Below, one piece after another: positions 28,290-45,207 of a stretch of 64,000 nucleotides of DNA (within the stretch, counting starts at the first letter, position 1; each line of letters begins with the position of its first letter). Source of the DNA: Eledone cirrhosa (Eukaryota); assembly GCA_964016885.1 (NCBI GenBank), contig OZ024741.1:160332001-160396000 (forward strand). Direction: 5' to 3'. A program made the translations under genes and the position numbers. The notes below the pieces were generated by a model that was given only the letters and a program-made list of their open reading frames with translations, searched no databases and had not been told where the DNA came from.

Positions 28290-28408
28290 GTTGAAAATAA
28301 TTAACATATTTAAAAAACAGAGTGGCTCATCGGAACTTCAAAGGAATATGTTGAAAATAATTAACATACTTAAAAAACAGAGTGGCTCATCGGAACTTCA
28401 AAGGAATA
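28290..28408. repeat. 60-bp tandem duplication
   Basis: gttgaaaataattaacata..aaaaaacagagtggctcatcggaacttcaaaggaata twice. Confidence 0.9.
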
Positions 28409-28471
28409 TAAATTAAAATAATGGGATAATATTACTCTTGAACTGTGTATATATATATACATATATTTATA

Positions 28472-28584
<113 letters not shown>

Positions 28585-28597
28585 ATATATATATATA

Positions 28598-28717
<120 letters not shown>

Positions 28718-29469
28718 ATTCTCATATTTCTTTCTGGAATAGTTTTCCATATTCCTTTCTTTAGATTTTTATTTAATAAATTATTTAAAAGAAATACGAA
28801 CTTTTTCCATCTAACTTAGGAAACTGCTCTATGCAATCCTGTAGTAGGGAAGGTTATAGAGGTCAGAAGGTCCATCATTTAGCAACAACACTATCAGGCT
28901 GATTTCGAGAAGACGTGTCGACAAAGGTGCGATCTCATCAATGATTTCTAAAGCGTGAGTAGATGTAGTTGCCGTTTGTCAGGTACGAATTTCCGCATCT
29001 CGTCTATTGTGCTCCTGTTGGGTAATGCAGTTGGCTAAAGGCCAACCATTGTATTCTATTGAGAGATAGTTGTAGACATGTCACAAATTCAGTTAGGAAA
29101 GAGTCGCGGGTAGTCTTCCTGTGAAGTTTTTCGGGTGAACGGTGTAGTTAGATGTAAATGTTTGAAAAGACTGCGGATAGGTTTTCCGCTTGAGCCAGGC
29201 CTTCATCAGGGTTTAACTAAAGAGGCTTAGTCTCAATATGTTTATAGATGAAAGATAGAGAGAGAGAGAGGAGGGGGGAGAAAGGTAGAGAGGAACAAAG
29301 AAGAAGACGAAGAAGAAGAAGAAGAAGAAGAAGAAGAAGAAGAAGAAGAAGAAGAAGAAGAAGAAGAAGAAGAAGAAGAAATATGCATGCTATTCCTATC
29401 ATCCCGCCGATGACCAGATAATTGTTAAGAGAGCGAACAAAGGTGAATCCAATAGTGGATTTTCCTCCA

Positions 29470-30330
29470 CCATCACCACCACAACAAACCCTATGACGAC
29501 CACCGACACTACAACCAGCACTAATACCGCCACCACCACCACAACAACAATCACAACCACCACTATAAACACCACGACGACCACCACCACAAAACCCACG
29601 ACCATCACCAACACTACAATCAGCACCAACACCACCACCGCCACCACAACAACAATCACAACCACCACCATAAACACCACGACGACCACCACCACAAAAC
29701 CCACGACCATCACCAACACTACAACCAGCACCAACACCGCCACCACCACCACAACAACAATCACAACCACCACCATAAACACCACGACGACCACCACCAC
29801 AAAACCCACGACCATCACCAACACTACAACCAGCACCAACACCACCACCGCCACCACAACAACAATCACAACCACCACCATAAACACCACGACGACCACC
29901 ACCACAAAACCCACGACCATCACCAACACTACAACCAGCACCAACACCGCCACCACCACCACAACAACAATCACAACCTCCACCATAAACACCACGACGA
30001 CCACCACCACAAAACCCACGACCATCACCAGCACCAACACCGCCACCACCACCACAACTGCAACTACCACAATCACCACCACTACTACGACAGCCACAAA
30101 CCCTATGACGACCACCAATACTACAACCAGCACCAACACCGCCAACACCACAACTGCAACTACCACAATCACCACCACTACTACGACAACCACGACCACT
30201 ACCATAAACCCTATGACGACCGCCAACACTACAACCAGCACCAGCACCGCCACCACTACAACTACAACTACCACAATCAACACCACTACTACGACCACCA
30301 CCAACTACAACAACACAACCAACACCACCA
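29470..30330. repeat. ACN-rich minisatellite, 105-bp unit with alternating variants (210-bp higher order); reads as Thr-rich ORF
   Basis: taaacaccacgacgacc recurs at 105-bp spacing; ORF 29493-30359. Confidence 0.85.
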
Positions 30331-30869
30331 TATTACATTTCTGTTCTCATACAACGTAAATATTTGACAATTTACTCTGTAGTAAATTCAATTATCACAT
30401 TTTTTTAAAACCACCCACAAAAAATACCCACAAGAAACAAATGTTAAATTATTATGTATAATTTATGTATGTGTTTATTTATTCAATTATATGTGTGCGT
30501 TTTTCAGTATCTTTCAATAACTTTTGCCACCACCTCCACCCTCTTTCTCCCTCAAAAAGAAACAATGAATATTAAAATAAAAATAGAAAATAAATATTAA
30601 CAAAAATGAAATTGAATTAAATGCAAAGTAAGTCTAACTAATATAGGATTAGTTTTAAGCTAGTCACCAGTTCAATTTCACTTAACACCATAGAATTATT
30701 TTGTTGTCAATGTCCTTTTTAATTATGTATGAAGTTGGTAGCTTCCTTTCTTTCTACAGTGGAGTAAGGTCTACGGTGTTTAATTCTTCTGTTTTTGCCT
30801 TGTACATATGTCTGTATTATGCATATATATAGAGAGAGAGGGAGAGAGAGAGAGAGAGATACATACATT

Positions 30870-30942
<73 letters not shown>

Positions 30943-31677
30943 GTATGTATATATATATATACATATACACTATATATATATTTATATATATATATGTGTG
31001 TGTGTCAATATATATATATGTGTGTCAATATATGTATATATATATAGTGCAAACAACTTAATTGAATGAATGAATAAATAAGTAAATAACTTCCTACCGA
31101 TCGTTTCAACACACTTTATTTCTGAGTATGCCGTGTGAGTTAGTGTTTGTGTGTGTGCGAGCGGGTGTATATGTATGTGTGTGTGTGAGAGAGAGTGTGT
31201 GTGTGTGTATGTATGTGCTTGTGTTTGTGTGTGTTTTTTGTGTACTTTTGTATGTTTGTGTCTGTGTGTGTTTTTGTATGTTTGTGTGGTGTGTGTGTGT
31301 TTTAGTATGTTTGTGTGTGTGTTTGGTGTGTATATATATATATGTGGGGGTGTATGTGTGTGTGTGTGTGTGTTTGTATGTCTTTGTATGTGTGTTTGTG
31401 TTTTTATTCGTTTTTGTGTGTTTTTTTTAGTGTGTTTGGTGTGTATATATATATATATGGGGGGGTATATGTGTGTGGGTGTATGCGTGTGGGTGTGTGT
31501 GTGTGTGTGTGTGTGAGTGTGTAAGGCGGGTGGGTGTCAGTGATAGGGGTGTTGAGGTGAACAACAGCTAATCTTTAAAGCTGTTGAATTCTTCCGCCTA
31601 CACGCCTTCCTAGATCCCTGAAACATTATGTGGATTTTTAATTAGCAGCCAGTTAATCAGGCGAAAACATTGTAAAT

Positions 31678-31781
31678 ATGACAACAACAACAACAACAAC
31701 GAAGACGAAGACTACAACAACGACAACAACAACGAAGACGACAACAACAGCAACAACGACGACAATAACAACAACAGCGAC

Positions 31782-31815
<34 letters not shown>

Positions 31816-32230
31816 ACAACAGCAACAACGAAGACGAAGACTACAACAACAACAACAAAAACGAAGACGAAGACGAAGACAACAACACTGACAATAGCCC
31901 TTAAAGTTATAACAATAATAAGAAGGATTTTTGCTTATAATGATAATAATAATCTAAACAAGGTGATGATGATGGTGGTGGTGGTGGTGATGGAGGTGGT
32001 GATGTGGGTGGTAGTGATGGGGGTGGTGGGGGTGGTGATGGGGATGGTGGTGGTAGTGATGGTGGTGTGTGGTGGTGATGATGGTTGTGGTAATGTCGAT
32101 GATGATGGTGATTATTATGATAATGATGATGGTGGTGGTGGTGGTAATGATGATGATGATGATGGAGGTGGTGGTGAGGATGTTGGTGATGGTGATGGTG
32201 GTGGTGGTGGTGGTGGTGGTGGTGGATGAT
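31678..32230. repeat. Mixed trinucleotide tracts (ACA/ACG then GGT/GAT)
   Basis: Direct reading. Confidence 0.9.
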
Positions 32231-33239
32231 GTATATGAGGATGTTGAAGGGTGAATAAAGAAAGAGAATAATAAAAGAGGAAAAAAGTAGAGCATCAAGA
32301 AGAAGAAGAAGAAGAAGAAGAAGAGCCGACCCAACATAACCAGGTAGATATAAGGAGATACAGTGAAAAGGTCATAAGAAGATAAAGCAGTAAAAGTAGT
32401 CACTATTGTATTAAACTGTTGTTGTTTATCACTTAAAACAATATTTTTATAAAACCCATAAAAACTCATTATTCTATGACAAAAATTTAAGTGAACTTTT
32501 CCTTATTATCATATTTGTTCTGTTTTGTTAGTTTGTGGTGAATCATTTTTTTAACGAAAGACGAACTTGTTGGTTTTGTACCTAACTTTATTATTATTGA
32601 TTAATTATTTTTTAGAATGGTGAATTAGCACAATTTTTATAGCGTCGGACGAATGCTTTTTACGTTCTGAGTTCGAATCCCACTGAAGTCAACTTTGCTT
32701 TTCATCTTTCCGAGCTCGATAAAAATAAAGTACCAATCAAGCAAGTAATGGAATCATGGAGTTAATTTCATCGATATATACTGCAATGGCATTTTATCCG
32801 GAGGTCTACCAATTCTGTCAATCTACCAACCTTAAGTTTATTGTTTTTTGATTGACACAGTAGTCAGAGTATCGTAAAATATGGCCTACGATATTTGTTA
32901 TGCTGTTTTTTTACGTCCTTAATTCAAATCTTACTATTGTCCTTCAGGCTCGATAAAATCAAGTATTAAAGTTGATTTAATCAATTTCTACATCCACTAA
33001 AAATATTTCTAGCCTTATGTTCATGTATTTGCTAATAACATGGTAGATCTTTACCGCCAATGGTAACAGACTTGGATCATATCCAGTTGTGTGAGACGGA
33101 TTTTGACACTACTGAGAAAAGACTTGAACAAGGCTGGGCTTTAAGTCCGTAATTCTGCTGAATAGAGAACTAAAGGATATAGCAAAGGGGATTTCTAAGA
33201 GGTTGGTTTGTGTCGGCGGTAGCATAGTCGAAAATGCAC

Positions 33240-33690
33240 AAACCAGCCTGAAATCAAGGTGAGCGGCAGGTGGCATCATGCCGAAGAAATACTAGAATGT
33301 AACAGATGCACACACCGACGAAAAGTTGGTGGGTTTGCCTCTCGGCAACTAAATAAGCAAGTCCATGTGGAAGAACAACTTCTATCGCTGGACCGAAAGT
33401 CCAGATAAATTGCTTGTGGTCTGGTTTCGTCTCCTCTTCTAAGAGAATAAAAATTAAAATGGAGTCGTGAGCAAGATGACTAGTTTCATTCGGAAATGAC
33501 TTGAGAGGAAGCTGTCCCGGAATGTTCGGGCAAAGGTAGTTTACACCTACAGCTATTTAGTAATCTCTTACTACCTGATCGTTGTGCCTTGTTCCGGTAA
33601 ACATTTAACAAGATTGGAACCTATGCTCTTTCACTTCTGAGGCAAAGGTCAGTTTTTGTGGTCAACAAGTCCATCTGTGGTGTATGACCG
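33240..33690 (+). pseudogene. Degenerate Tx1/L1 ORF2 (RT thumb region) fragment
   Basis: WTESPDKLLVVWF...KN*...RKLSRNVRAKV...YYLIVVPC resembles the L1/Tx1 K.LG.WF...LS..GR motif; many stops. Confidence 0.5.
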
Positions 33691-34683
33691 ACTAGTTATA
33701 ATATCGGGGAATGAAAACTCTTCATTATGTTTTAGCCACGGATCTTTACGTTCTGAGTATGAACCTCACTAAAGTGGACTTCACCATTCAAGCCTTTCCG
33801 GGGACATTGAAATAAGATAAAGTAAAATAACAAGGGTTAATATAATCTGACATATACATCCCTCCCTCTAATCTTTCTAGAATATATATGTGACTTTCTG
33901 TGAGGAAATATTGTTATTCTTATAATCTTGACTCTGGGATTTCGTGTTGTTTCGTTTCGTTTTCTGTTTATCATCTTCCATGTTTTATTTTTGTTTTTTG
34001 GTGTTCAGCATGTCTCTAGCAGGTGTTTAGGAGTGGAGGCAGGGAGGTTGGTTTCGATATTCTTTCTGGGGTGTTGTTGTTTTTTTATTAATTTATTCAC
34101 GTATCTATTTGTTTTGCATTATTTTGTTTTGTATTTTTCTTATTACTTTGTACTTGTTTATCTATCTGTTGTCAAATTAGTCATCTGGTTGAATAGTGAA
34201 GGTAATTATTGATCGAGAGGGAGGGGAAGGAGGAAGAGAAGCAAGATAATGGGTAGGCAGAGAGAGGGGGAAATAGGAGTAAAAAAAGAGCAGAGAGAGG
34301 AGAGAGAGTGGGAGAGCGAAGAGAGAGAGAGTTTTTGTTGTTGTTTTTTAAGACGCAATAAAAAAGGCAAAACAGACTTTAAAAACATACATAGGAAATT
34401 GTGTGGAATTTGTTTAAAGACTTCTTTTAACCTCTTAATCTAATAAAACAAAACTTAACAAAGTTTCCAGTTAATCATGTCATCATCATCATCATTATCA
34501 TCATTATCATCATCATCAACAACATTAACATCAACAGCGACAGCGACGAGTCCAGAACTACCCCCCACGGCATCGTCTTCACCATCAGCACCACCACCAT
34601 GCGCTTCATCATCATCACCATCATCGTCATCATAACCACCACCATAATCCGCTTCTTCCTCCTCCTCTCCTTCATCATCATCC

Positions 34684-34722
<39 letters not shown>

Positions 34723-35052
34723 CCACCACCACCACCACCATCGCCATTATCGTCATATTTACCGTTGTCATCACCGTTTTATTATTGCTTTTTTTTACAC
34801 AATATGATTGTTTTCTCATAGAAATTTCAACATGGTATACTTTAGAATACAACTAACACCTCACACAACTGCATCCAACGACACAACAGACAATAATAAG
34901 AAAACATTCATTATCGTTCTCATTGTTATCGTCATCATCAGCATCATTATCAACATCACCATCATAAAGAACGCATGCCGTCCGATCAAGGAATCGAACG
35001 CACGGACTGATTATTGTGAATCCAACACCCTAGCCACTAGGCTATGTGCCTT

Positions 35053-35380
<328 letters not shown>

Positions 35381-35532
35381 TCTATCCCGGGTTCAATCTA
35401 GGATAACCACAGTAAGTAAGGTACTCAATACATAGCAGAGTATAAATATTTAATATATAATATTTAATATAGAAATGGCTTCTACAGGACTAGAACTGTT
35501 TCATTCGGGAGAAATCATCAGGAAGCTTCCTG

Positions 35533-36547
<1,015 letters not shown>

Positions 36548-36868
36548 TAGATTGGGTTAGAAACTCAAAATAGTCCTTTACAATTAAATAGCTCAAAGAA
36601 GAGAATCTTTCCGAGCCGTGTAATATAATTGGATATATGAGAGGGATGAACACAGATATAACTATACATGTGTTCCAATTGCAAATGACCAAGTTGGCTA
36701 GGTTGAAAAATACTAATTTAAAACAATATGGCTTTCCTGGCTCGAATTATCATAATAAATCAATAAAAATAACAAACCTATATCGGGCGAATAGCCTATG
36801 ATGCCCGGACAGACATAAATCTGTTTCGCAATAATTATTAAGCGAAAGCTAGAATTCCTATATATATA

Positions 36869-36951
<83 letters not shown>

Positions 36952-37154
36952 TAATAAATTTGAAGACTAAAATCCAAAGAGGGCTCGATAAGGATAAATA
37001 TATATCAAATATATAAGAACCGTAGAGCAAATATTTATTAAAGTAACAGATTAAAGTTTAAGCAAAGAATCTCTGCTTTAACCCTTAACGGGATCTTCAG
37101 AAGATCCCGTTAAGGGTGAAAGCAGCGATTCTTTGCTTAAACTTTAATCTGTTA

Positions 37155-37253
<99 letters not shown>

Positions 37254-37309
37254 CGAAGGGAATTAGCCGTCGAAACGGCTTGAGCTCAGCCGTCGGGGTC
37301 TTACTTGTT

Positions 37310-37344
<35 letters not shown>

Positions 37345-37353
<9 letters not shown>

Positions 37354-40300
37354 ATATTAATAAATGGAAACAATATTTATAAAACCATATTTATTTTATT
37401 ATATATATTTCAAGGGCAACCAAGGCAAATTATGGTGCGCTTTCATCAGATAAAATACAGATTTGTTTTATAAATAAATATTGACATACCCGGAAAAAAA
37501 GACAACCTTAACGGTTGGGGCTTCCTAGATAGTGGAAATATTAAATTTATTGAGGGTGATACAAAATTATGAGTGAGTATGCAAATGAGTGTCCGAAAGG
37601 TTGAAAAGATAACGGTTTATTTAAACTAAACTGTTGGAAGAAGGTGATATGTAAGGGAGAGAGAAAAAAGAAAAAAAGAAAAAAGAAAAAAAGAAAAAAA
37701 GAAAAAAGAAAAGAAAAAAAAGAAAGGAGAAAGATAGAAGAGGAAAGAAAGAATGATTATATATATTGATAGTGAAAATAGAGTGCATGAAGAGATGAAT
37801 TTCAAAGGATAAATATACACAGCGTAAGTATATCTAAGTGAAAGAAGAAATGAGAATAACGTGGAAGACTAATATTTATAATGCAGGATTCATTACGTTT
37901 TGATTATAATATTTATAATGATAGGTTGAAAAATTAGATTAAAATTAAATTAAAATTAAAAAATTAGAAATCAAAATTAAAGATTAAAATTTACCTTAAT
38001 ATTAAAGATTTAATTTAATAATTTAATATTAATAATTAGTTTAAATGTGTATGTTAAGGATTATAAATTATTTAAATAAATATATAGTATTTTACATTAG
38101 AGCAAATCTAGTATAGTTTATTTTATTAAAAGTTGTAAGTCAAAAATTTAAACATCCAAATAATTCTAAATTTATGAAAAATTTTTCGAGAGTTTACAAA
38201 GGAATAACTACTTAGTTATATTATAAAAACAATAAGGAAGTGTAAAGGAAGTTAGAAGTGATTTTTTAAGAACTCAGATGATTCTAAGGATTAAATGTTA
38301 TAAAGTTAAAAAGTTAAACAATTTTTATATTAAGAATATAATTAAAACATGAACGATATATTATTTTATACGAAGTCATAAATTTACTTGCTATAAAGTT
38401 AAAACATTTAAAAAATTTATCTTAAGAATATATTTAAAGCATAAACATTAGGTTATTCCACATATATATAAAAAATCTATATATAAAAATCATATGTTTT
38501 TCCACATATATATAACCATTTGGATATATATATTAAAACCTTTTGAAGATATAAAAATATAAAAATATAACAATATATTGGAAGGTATGAAAATAATGGT
38601 TTTTCTATATCTTTCAAAGGAATTTTCAAAAGATTTTCTTAAAACCTTCCGTAAGTTTTACAAGAAAAAATTTTCCTTAAAGGAGTTTCAAGCAGTCATT
38701 TAAGGAAATCTTAGGTCTAATAATATAAAGTATATAGTATATATATGTGAAGTAGAGATAATAGAAAGTAAATTAAATATATGAATCATATATAGATATA
38801 GAAGACATTATGTAAAAGAGATAAATCATATATTACAAAAGAGCAACCAATGATGACCTTGAAAAACTAAATACTGAAGCTTCTTATATAATGCAGGAAT
38901 TAGGCATTGAAAATAGGACTCAACCCTTCACACCTAGGAAACCAAAAATTAATCTGAAGGACCATAAAAGAAATTTTGAAATTGAATTACCAGTTAGATT
39001 GATTGCACCATCTAAATCGCACCTTGGCATACTCAGCAAGAATATTTTAGATAGAATCATACCACAACTTAAGGAAATATCTTATTTAAAATTATAGAAT
39101 GGGACTAATGAAGTTATTGACTGGTTTAAGGACATTAAATATAAACATAACAATAAATTCATTCAATTGGTTATTGCTAATTATTACTCCTCTAGCACTC
39201 CTAATCTACTTAATAAAGCCCTTACATATGCATTTAAATATACAGATTTAACTAGCAATGAAATGCACATTATCTTAACTACACGTAAAACATTAATTAA
39301 ATTTAGCAACCACCTTTGGACTAGAGCAGACAGAGATAACAGTTTCGATATCACTATGGGATCATCGGACTCGGGGCAATTAATGGATCTTGTGGGGCTT
39401 TTTATTAACAATACTTTACATAGGAAAATACCGGAGATGACCGGTGGTTTATATCGTGACGATATGTTATTACTTATTGAAAATAATAATAATTGTGAAA
39501 TAAATAGGAAAAGAAAAGAAATTATACAACTTTTTAATAGCGTTAATCTTAAAGTAGAAGTAGAGAATAATTATAAAAAAGTTAATTTTTTAGATGTAAC
39601 TTTAAACCTTAACACTGGTCTTTATTATCCATTTCATAAAATAAACGAGAATTTAAACTATGTTAACTTTAATTCCAATCACCCCAGATCCGTTAAAAAC
39701 ACTATTGTAAATTCTGTGCAGCAACATATTTCTAGAATTTCAGCGAATTAAAATATCTATGAATATAAGACACAATATTATAACGAAGCGTTAGGTAGAG
39801 CAGGCTATAGTAATAAAATTAAATACATTAATAAGGATGTTCCAATTAACCATAACTATAATTATAATAGAAAACCTTACACTAACTCGAAAACCAAAAG
39901 AAAAAATAGAACTAGAAATATATTATGGTTCGCTCCCCCTTTCTCATTAAGTATTAAAACTCCTATTGCTAAATTATTCTTTAAAGCTCTAGATAGGTGC
40001 TTTCCTAGGACACACAGGTATTACTCAATCTTTAATAGACATACTATTAAACTCTCATATTCCACCACTATGAATTTAGCGCAGAATATTAATAGAATTA
40101 ATAATAGAAACTTAAAACCTAACCAGAATAGCATTAATACCCCTAGCAATATCCAATATAATGTTACGGCTCCCAAAAATATAAATTTAGATAAATGTAA
40201 TTGTAGAAATAAATCTAACTGTCCTCTAAATAATAATTGTTTAGTTTAAAATATAGTATACAATTGTAATGTCAAAACTCCTTTAACTATGTCGGCTCTA

Positions 40301-42049
40301 CTTCCACAGACTTCAAATCTCGTTTTAATAACTATAAATGTTCCTTTACGAATATTAGTTAAAAAAATCTTCAACTTCTCTATCTAACTTATTATGGGAC
40401 TTGAAATCCAAGAATATTAACTATTCTTTACTTTGGAAAATTATTTCAAAAGCTCCTTCATACACTGCTTTATCCCAAATTGCTCTCTTTGGGCTGAAGA
40501 AATATTCTTCATACTAAAAAGTAAGAACTCTATTAATTTGCGAAATAATTTATTCAGTTCCTGCAAACATCGTTTAAACTCAACTTTTAAATATATATAT
40601 AAAATGGAATATATGATTTATCTCTTTTACATAATGTCATCTATATCTATATTTGATTCATATATTTAATTTACTTTCTATTATCTCTACTTCACATATA
40701 TATACTATATACTTCATATTATTACGCCTATCGATAGATTATAAAATTTCCTTATATGACTGCTTGAAACTCCTTAAGGAAAGTTTTTTCTTGTAAAACT
40801 TACGGAAGGTTTAAGAAAATCTTTTAAGAATTCTTTTGAAAGATATAGAAAAACCATTATTTTATACCTTCAAATACTTTTATATTGTTATATTTTTATA
40901 TTTTTATATCTTCAAACGTTTTAAATATATATAGGTTTTTTATATATATGTGGAATAACCTAATGTTTATGCTTTAAATATATTCTTAAGATAAATTTTT
41001 TAAATGTTTTAACTTTATAGCAAGTAAATTTATGACTTCGTATAAAATAACATATGGTTCATGTTTTAATTATATTCTTAAGATAAAAAATGTTTAACTT
41101 TTTAACTTTATAACATTTAATCCTTAGAGTCATCTGAGATCTTAAAAAGTCACTTCTAACTTCCTTTACACTTCCTTACTGTTTTTATAATATAACTAAG
41201 TAGTTATTCCTTTGTAAACTCTCGAAAAAATTTTCATAAATTTAGAATTATTTGGATGTTTAAATTTTTGACTTACAACTTTTAATAAAATAAACTATAC
41301 TAGATTTGCTCTAATGTAAATTAAATCTTTAATATTAAGGTAAATTTTAATCTTTAATTTTGATTTCTAATTTTTTAATTTTTCAACCTATCATTATAAA
41401 TATTATAATCAAAACGTAATGAATCCTGCATTATAAATATTATTCTTCCACGTTATTCTCATTTCTTCTCTCACTTAGATATACTTACGCTGTGTATATT
41501 TATCCTTTGAAATTCATCTCTTCATGCACTCTATTTTCACTATCAATATATATATAATCATTCTTTCTTTACTCTTCTATCTTTATCCCTTTGTTTTTTC
41601 TTTTTTCTTTTTTTTTCTTTTTTTCTTTTTTTTCTTTTTTTTCTTTTTTTTTTCTTTTTTTTCTTTTTTTTCTTTTTTCTTTTTTTTCTTTTTTCTTTTT
41701 TCTTTTTTTTCTTTTTTCTTTTTTCTTTTTTCTCTCTCCCTTACATATCACCGTCTTCCAACAGTTTGATTTAAATAAACCGTTATCTTTTCAACCTTTC
41801 GGACACTCATTTGCATGTTCACTCATAATTTTGTATCACCCTCAATAAATGTAATATCTCCACTATCCAGGAAGCCCCAACCGTTAAGGTTGTCTTTTTT
41901 TCCGGGTATGTCAATATTTATTTATAAAACAAATCTGTATTTTATCTGATGAAAGCGCACCATAATTTGCCTTGGTTGCCCTTGAAATATGTATAATAAA
42001 ATAAATATGGTTTTATAAATATAGAAATATAGTTTCCATTTATTAATAT

Positions 42050-42056
<7 letters not shown>
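37345..42056 (+). mobile_element. Naiad-like Penelope element, 5'-truncated, with inverted 3'UTR copy on its left
   Basis: RT motifs NLKDHK, FDITMGSSD, GLYRDD, VNFLDVT; CNCR..CPL..CL GIY-YIG region; HHRs at 37393-37456 (minus) and 41939-42002 (plus). Confidence 0.9.
38830..40610 (+). pseudogene. PLE RT-GIY-YIG pseudogene
   Basis: ORFs 38891-39097 and 39167-39751 in frame, interrupted by TAG/TAA; homologous to 53496-55446. Confidence 0.85.
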
Positions 42057-42093
<37 letters not shown>

Positions 42094-42296
42094 TAACAGA
42101 TTAAAATTTAAGCAAAGAATCGCTGCTCTCACCCTTAACGGGATCTTCTGAAGATCCCGTTAAGGGTGAAAGCAGCGATTCTTTGCTTAAACTTTAATCT
42201 GTTATTTTAATAAATATTTGCTCTACGGTTCTTACATATTTGATATATATTTATCCTTATCGAGCCCTCTTTGGATTTTAGTCTTCAAATTTATTA

Positions 42297-42373
<77 letters not shown>

Positions 42374-42681
42374 AATTCTAGCTTTCACTTAATAATTATT
42401 GCGAACAGATTTATGTCTGTCCGGGCATCATAGGCTATTTTCCCGATATAGGTTTCTTATTTTTATTGATTTATTATGATAAATCGAACCAGGAATGCCA
42501 TATTGTTTTAAATTAGTATTTTTCAACCTAGCTAACTTGGTCATTTGCAATTGGAACACATGTATAGTTATATCTGAGTTCATCCCTCTCATATATCCAA
42601 TTATATTACACGGCTCGGAAAGATTCCCTTCTTTGAGCTATTTAATTGTAAAGGACTATTTTGAGTTTCTAACCCAATCTA

Positions 42682-42756
<75 letters not shown>

Positions 42757-42761
<5 letters not shown>

Positions 42762-44197
42762 AAAAAAACGGACGTAATGTTGAGCATAAAAGGTCAATGT
42801 GAAAGAAAAAATAATGTTATTTACAGGCAAAGTTCTTGAAGTTAAGCAGATCAAAATGTGTTAATATAGCAAGAGTGCTTAGTTGATCCATGATTCCATG
42901 ATGGAGGCAAATGGTGGACTAAGGTTTGATATGATTTCCCTTTTTAGAGAGTTAATATGCAGAGGGAAGCAATTCTTGCTGGATGATATTTAATTTATTT
43001 AAGAAAAAGGTTTAGGTAGGGTGTGAGGGAGGTAACTCTTGTAAATGTTTCATTGTTTGTTAGTTTGGTCCGAGATTTAGTGCATTAAATCGAGGCTGGA
43101 ATTTGTTAATGAAATGTGTTTTCTTATTGGTACGATCGATGAAAGTAGTGTTGTCTATGAATTTGTAAATGGGGAAAATTTTAAAGTTTGGATGTTGGTT
43201 GTGTGCACAATTGGCGATATGTTCACTAAATGCAATCTTTCTGTATTTCTGTATTTTAATTTGTGATTTATGGACGGTCATACGTTGACGGAGGTTGTTT
43301 TTTTATCTGCCCTATGTAGTGCTCTTGACAACCTGAGCAGGTCAAAACATAGAGTAGGTGTTCAGATGCACATGTAAAGTTGTGTTTAACTGTGAAACGT
43401 TGTCCTTGTTTAAAATGGAATGTTGAACCTTCTATTAGATTTATGCATATGCCACAGTTGGGCCTTCCGCATTTTGTTACTGTAGGGTTCATTGTGAGTG
43501 TTTGTTGGATTTTGGCTTGTGTGAGGATGTTTTTTATGAAGTTGTCATTTGCTCTCTATGACGTTGTGTGTTTGGAGGATTTTGTTCATTCTTGGGTCTC
43601 TTTTTAGTAATGGAATGTTCTGGAGGATGGTGTCGAATGCCTCATTGTTGAGGGGGCTGTGTGTTGAGATGTATGGTAGAGTTTTTTGTTGCGGTTCATT
43701 CCTGGGTTTGGGGTGTCTGAGTTCCTGGATGTCTAGTTTTAGGGCACGTTGGAATCCATTGTTGATTAGGGATGGTGGGTAGTTTCTGCTGATAAGTGTG
43801 TTTTTTTAATTCTTCTAGTCGTGTGTAGCATGTGTATTTATCTGAAACTATTGTGCAGATCCTTCTGGCTAGGTTATAGGGAATTGCCATTTTGGTGTGT
43901 CTAGGGTGGCACGAGTTGAATGGTAGGTATTGTTTGGAGTCTGTGGGTTTGTAGTATATGTCTGTTTCTATTTTGTTGCTTGTTTTCTTGATGAGGATGT
44001 CGAGGAAAGGGAGTTGTTCGTGGCTGTAATCCATTGTGAATCGTAAGTTTGTGTTGAGTCCATTTAGAAGGGTTTTTAACTTAAACAGTTTATCTATACT
44101 TTCATGCCAGAGGTTGAAGCAGTCGTCCAGATATCTCTTCTAGTTATTGTCTATGTGTTGGTAGAAGTGGTTGCCGTATTTGTCTAGAACTTTACGG

Positions 44198-44198
<1 letters not shown>
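42757..44198 (-). mobile_element. Neptune-type PLE, 5'-truncated, frameshifted
   Basis: RYLDD, LPFLDI, YYKPTD..QYL.F.SCHP, CGRPNCGIC linker, YVLTC..C..HYIGQ. Confidence 0.9.
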
Positions 44199-44273
<75 letters not shown>

Positions 44274-45064
44274 AAGATATATATATATATACACACATGG
44301 CAATAGCAATATGCACAATGCTGAGAAGTAAGGTATAATAATGTACCAGTCACATATTAGTGGTCGATTTTGATTTAATAATCCTATGAGGCATATTTAG
44401 CTATAATAAAAGACTCAGATTGAAATAAAACAAATTTACCTGTCGTGCACAGGGGTATACTTAACATTCCTATAAAGCACTCGAGATGTCAGAGAAATTA
44501 TAATAGAACTATCAAAGTAAAATGAATTACTGGGACAAAATAATCTCAAGGAATTTCACCAATTAATCAATCACCTATGTAGTAACTTGAATTCTTACAA
44601 GTATTTTACTTCAATTTCCAACAGATAAAAATCTAAAGTTGAAACAATAACGAACTCTATGATCACTATGGAAGGTATAAGTTAATACATTTTTTGTTGT
44701 ATTAAAGAAATCATACATTTTCGTTGCAAAAAGTAATGATACTTGCTTGTGTGTGGTGTGACAGGTAACAAAGAAAACTTTTGACACACACACACATATA
44801 TATAGGAATGCATATATATATATATACATCTCCTATATATATATATGTAAGCAAAGAGATATGTTGGTAATTCAATACATTTTCATTTATAACAGGTTCG
44901 AAGCACTCAACAGCTTTCCTGTTGTATAATCTCAATGATATTAATAAATGGAAACTATATTTATAAAACCATATTTATTTTATTATATATATTTCAAGGG
45001 TACCAAAAACTATGGTACGCTCTTATATATATATATGTGTGTGTGTGTGTGTATGTATATATAC

Positions 45065-45123
<59 letters not shown>

Positions 45124-45207
45124 GAAAATTGAACAGGGACAGAACAGAGAGGCAGTACGATAAATGTTTATTAAATTCACGCTCAGAGAGTGGGGGGTAG
45201 GTGGGGG

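Noticed and set aside
29175-29215. Minus-strand CTGATGA..GAAA motif
   Set aside because: Stems I-III do not pair convincingly; degenerate at best
35478-35535. HHR-like motif in the family at 26134, 35378 and 61533
   Set aside because: CUGAUGA and GAAA with a short stem II are present on minus, but no stem I could be formed; core mutated in other copies
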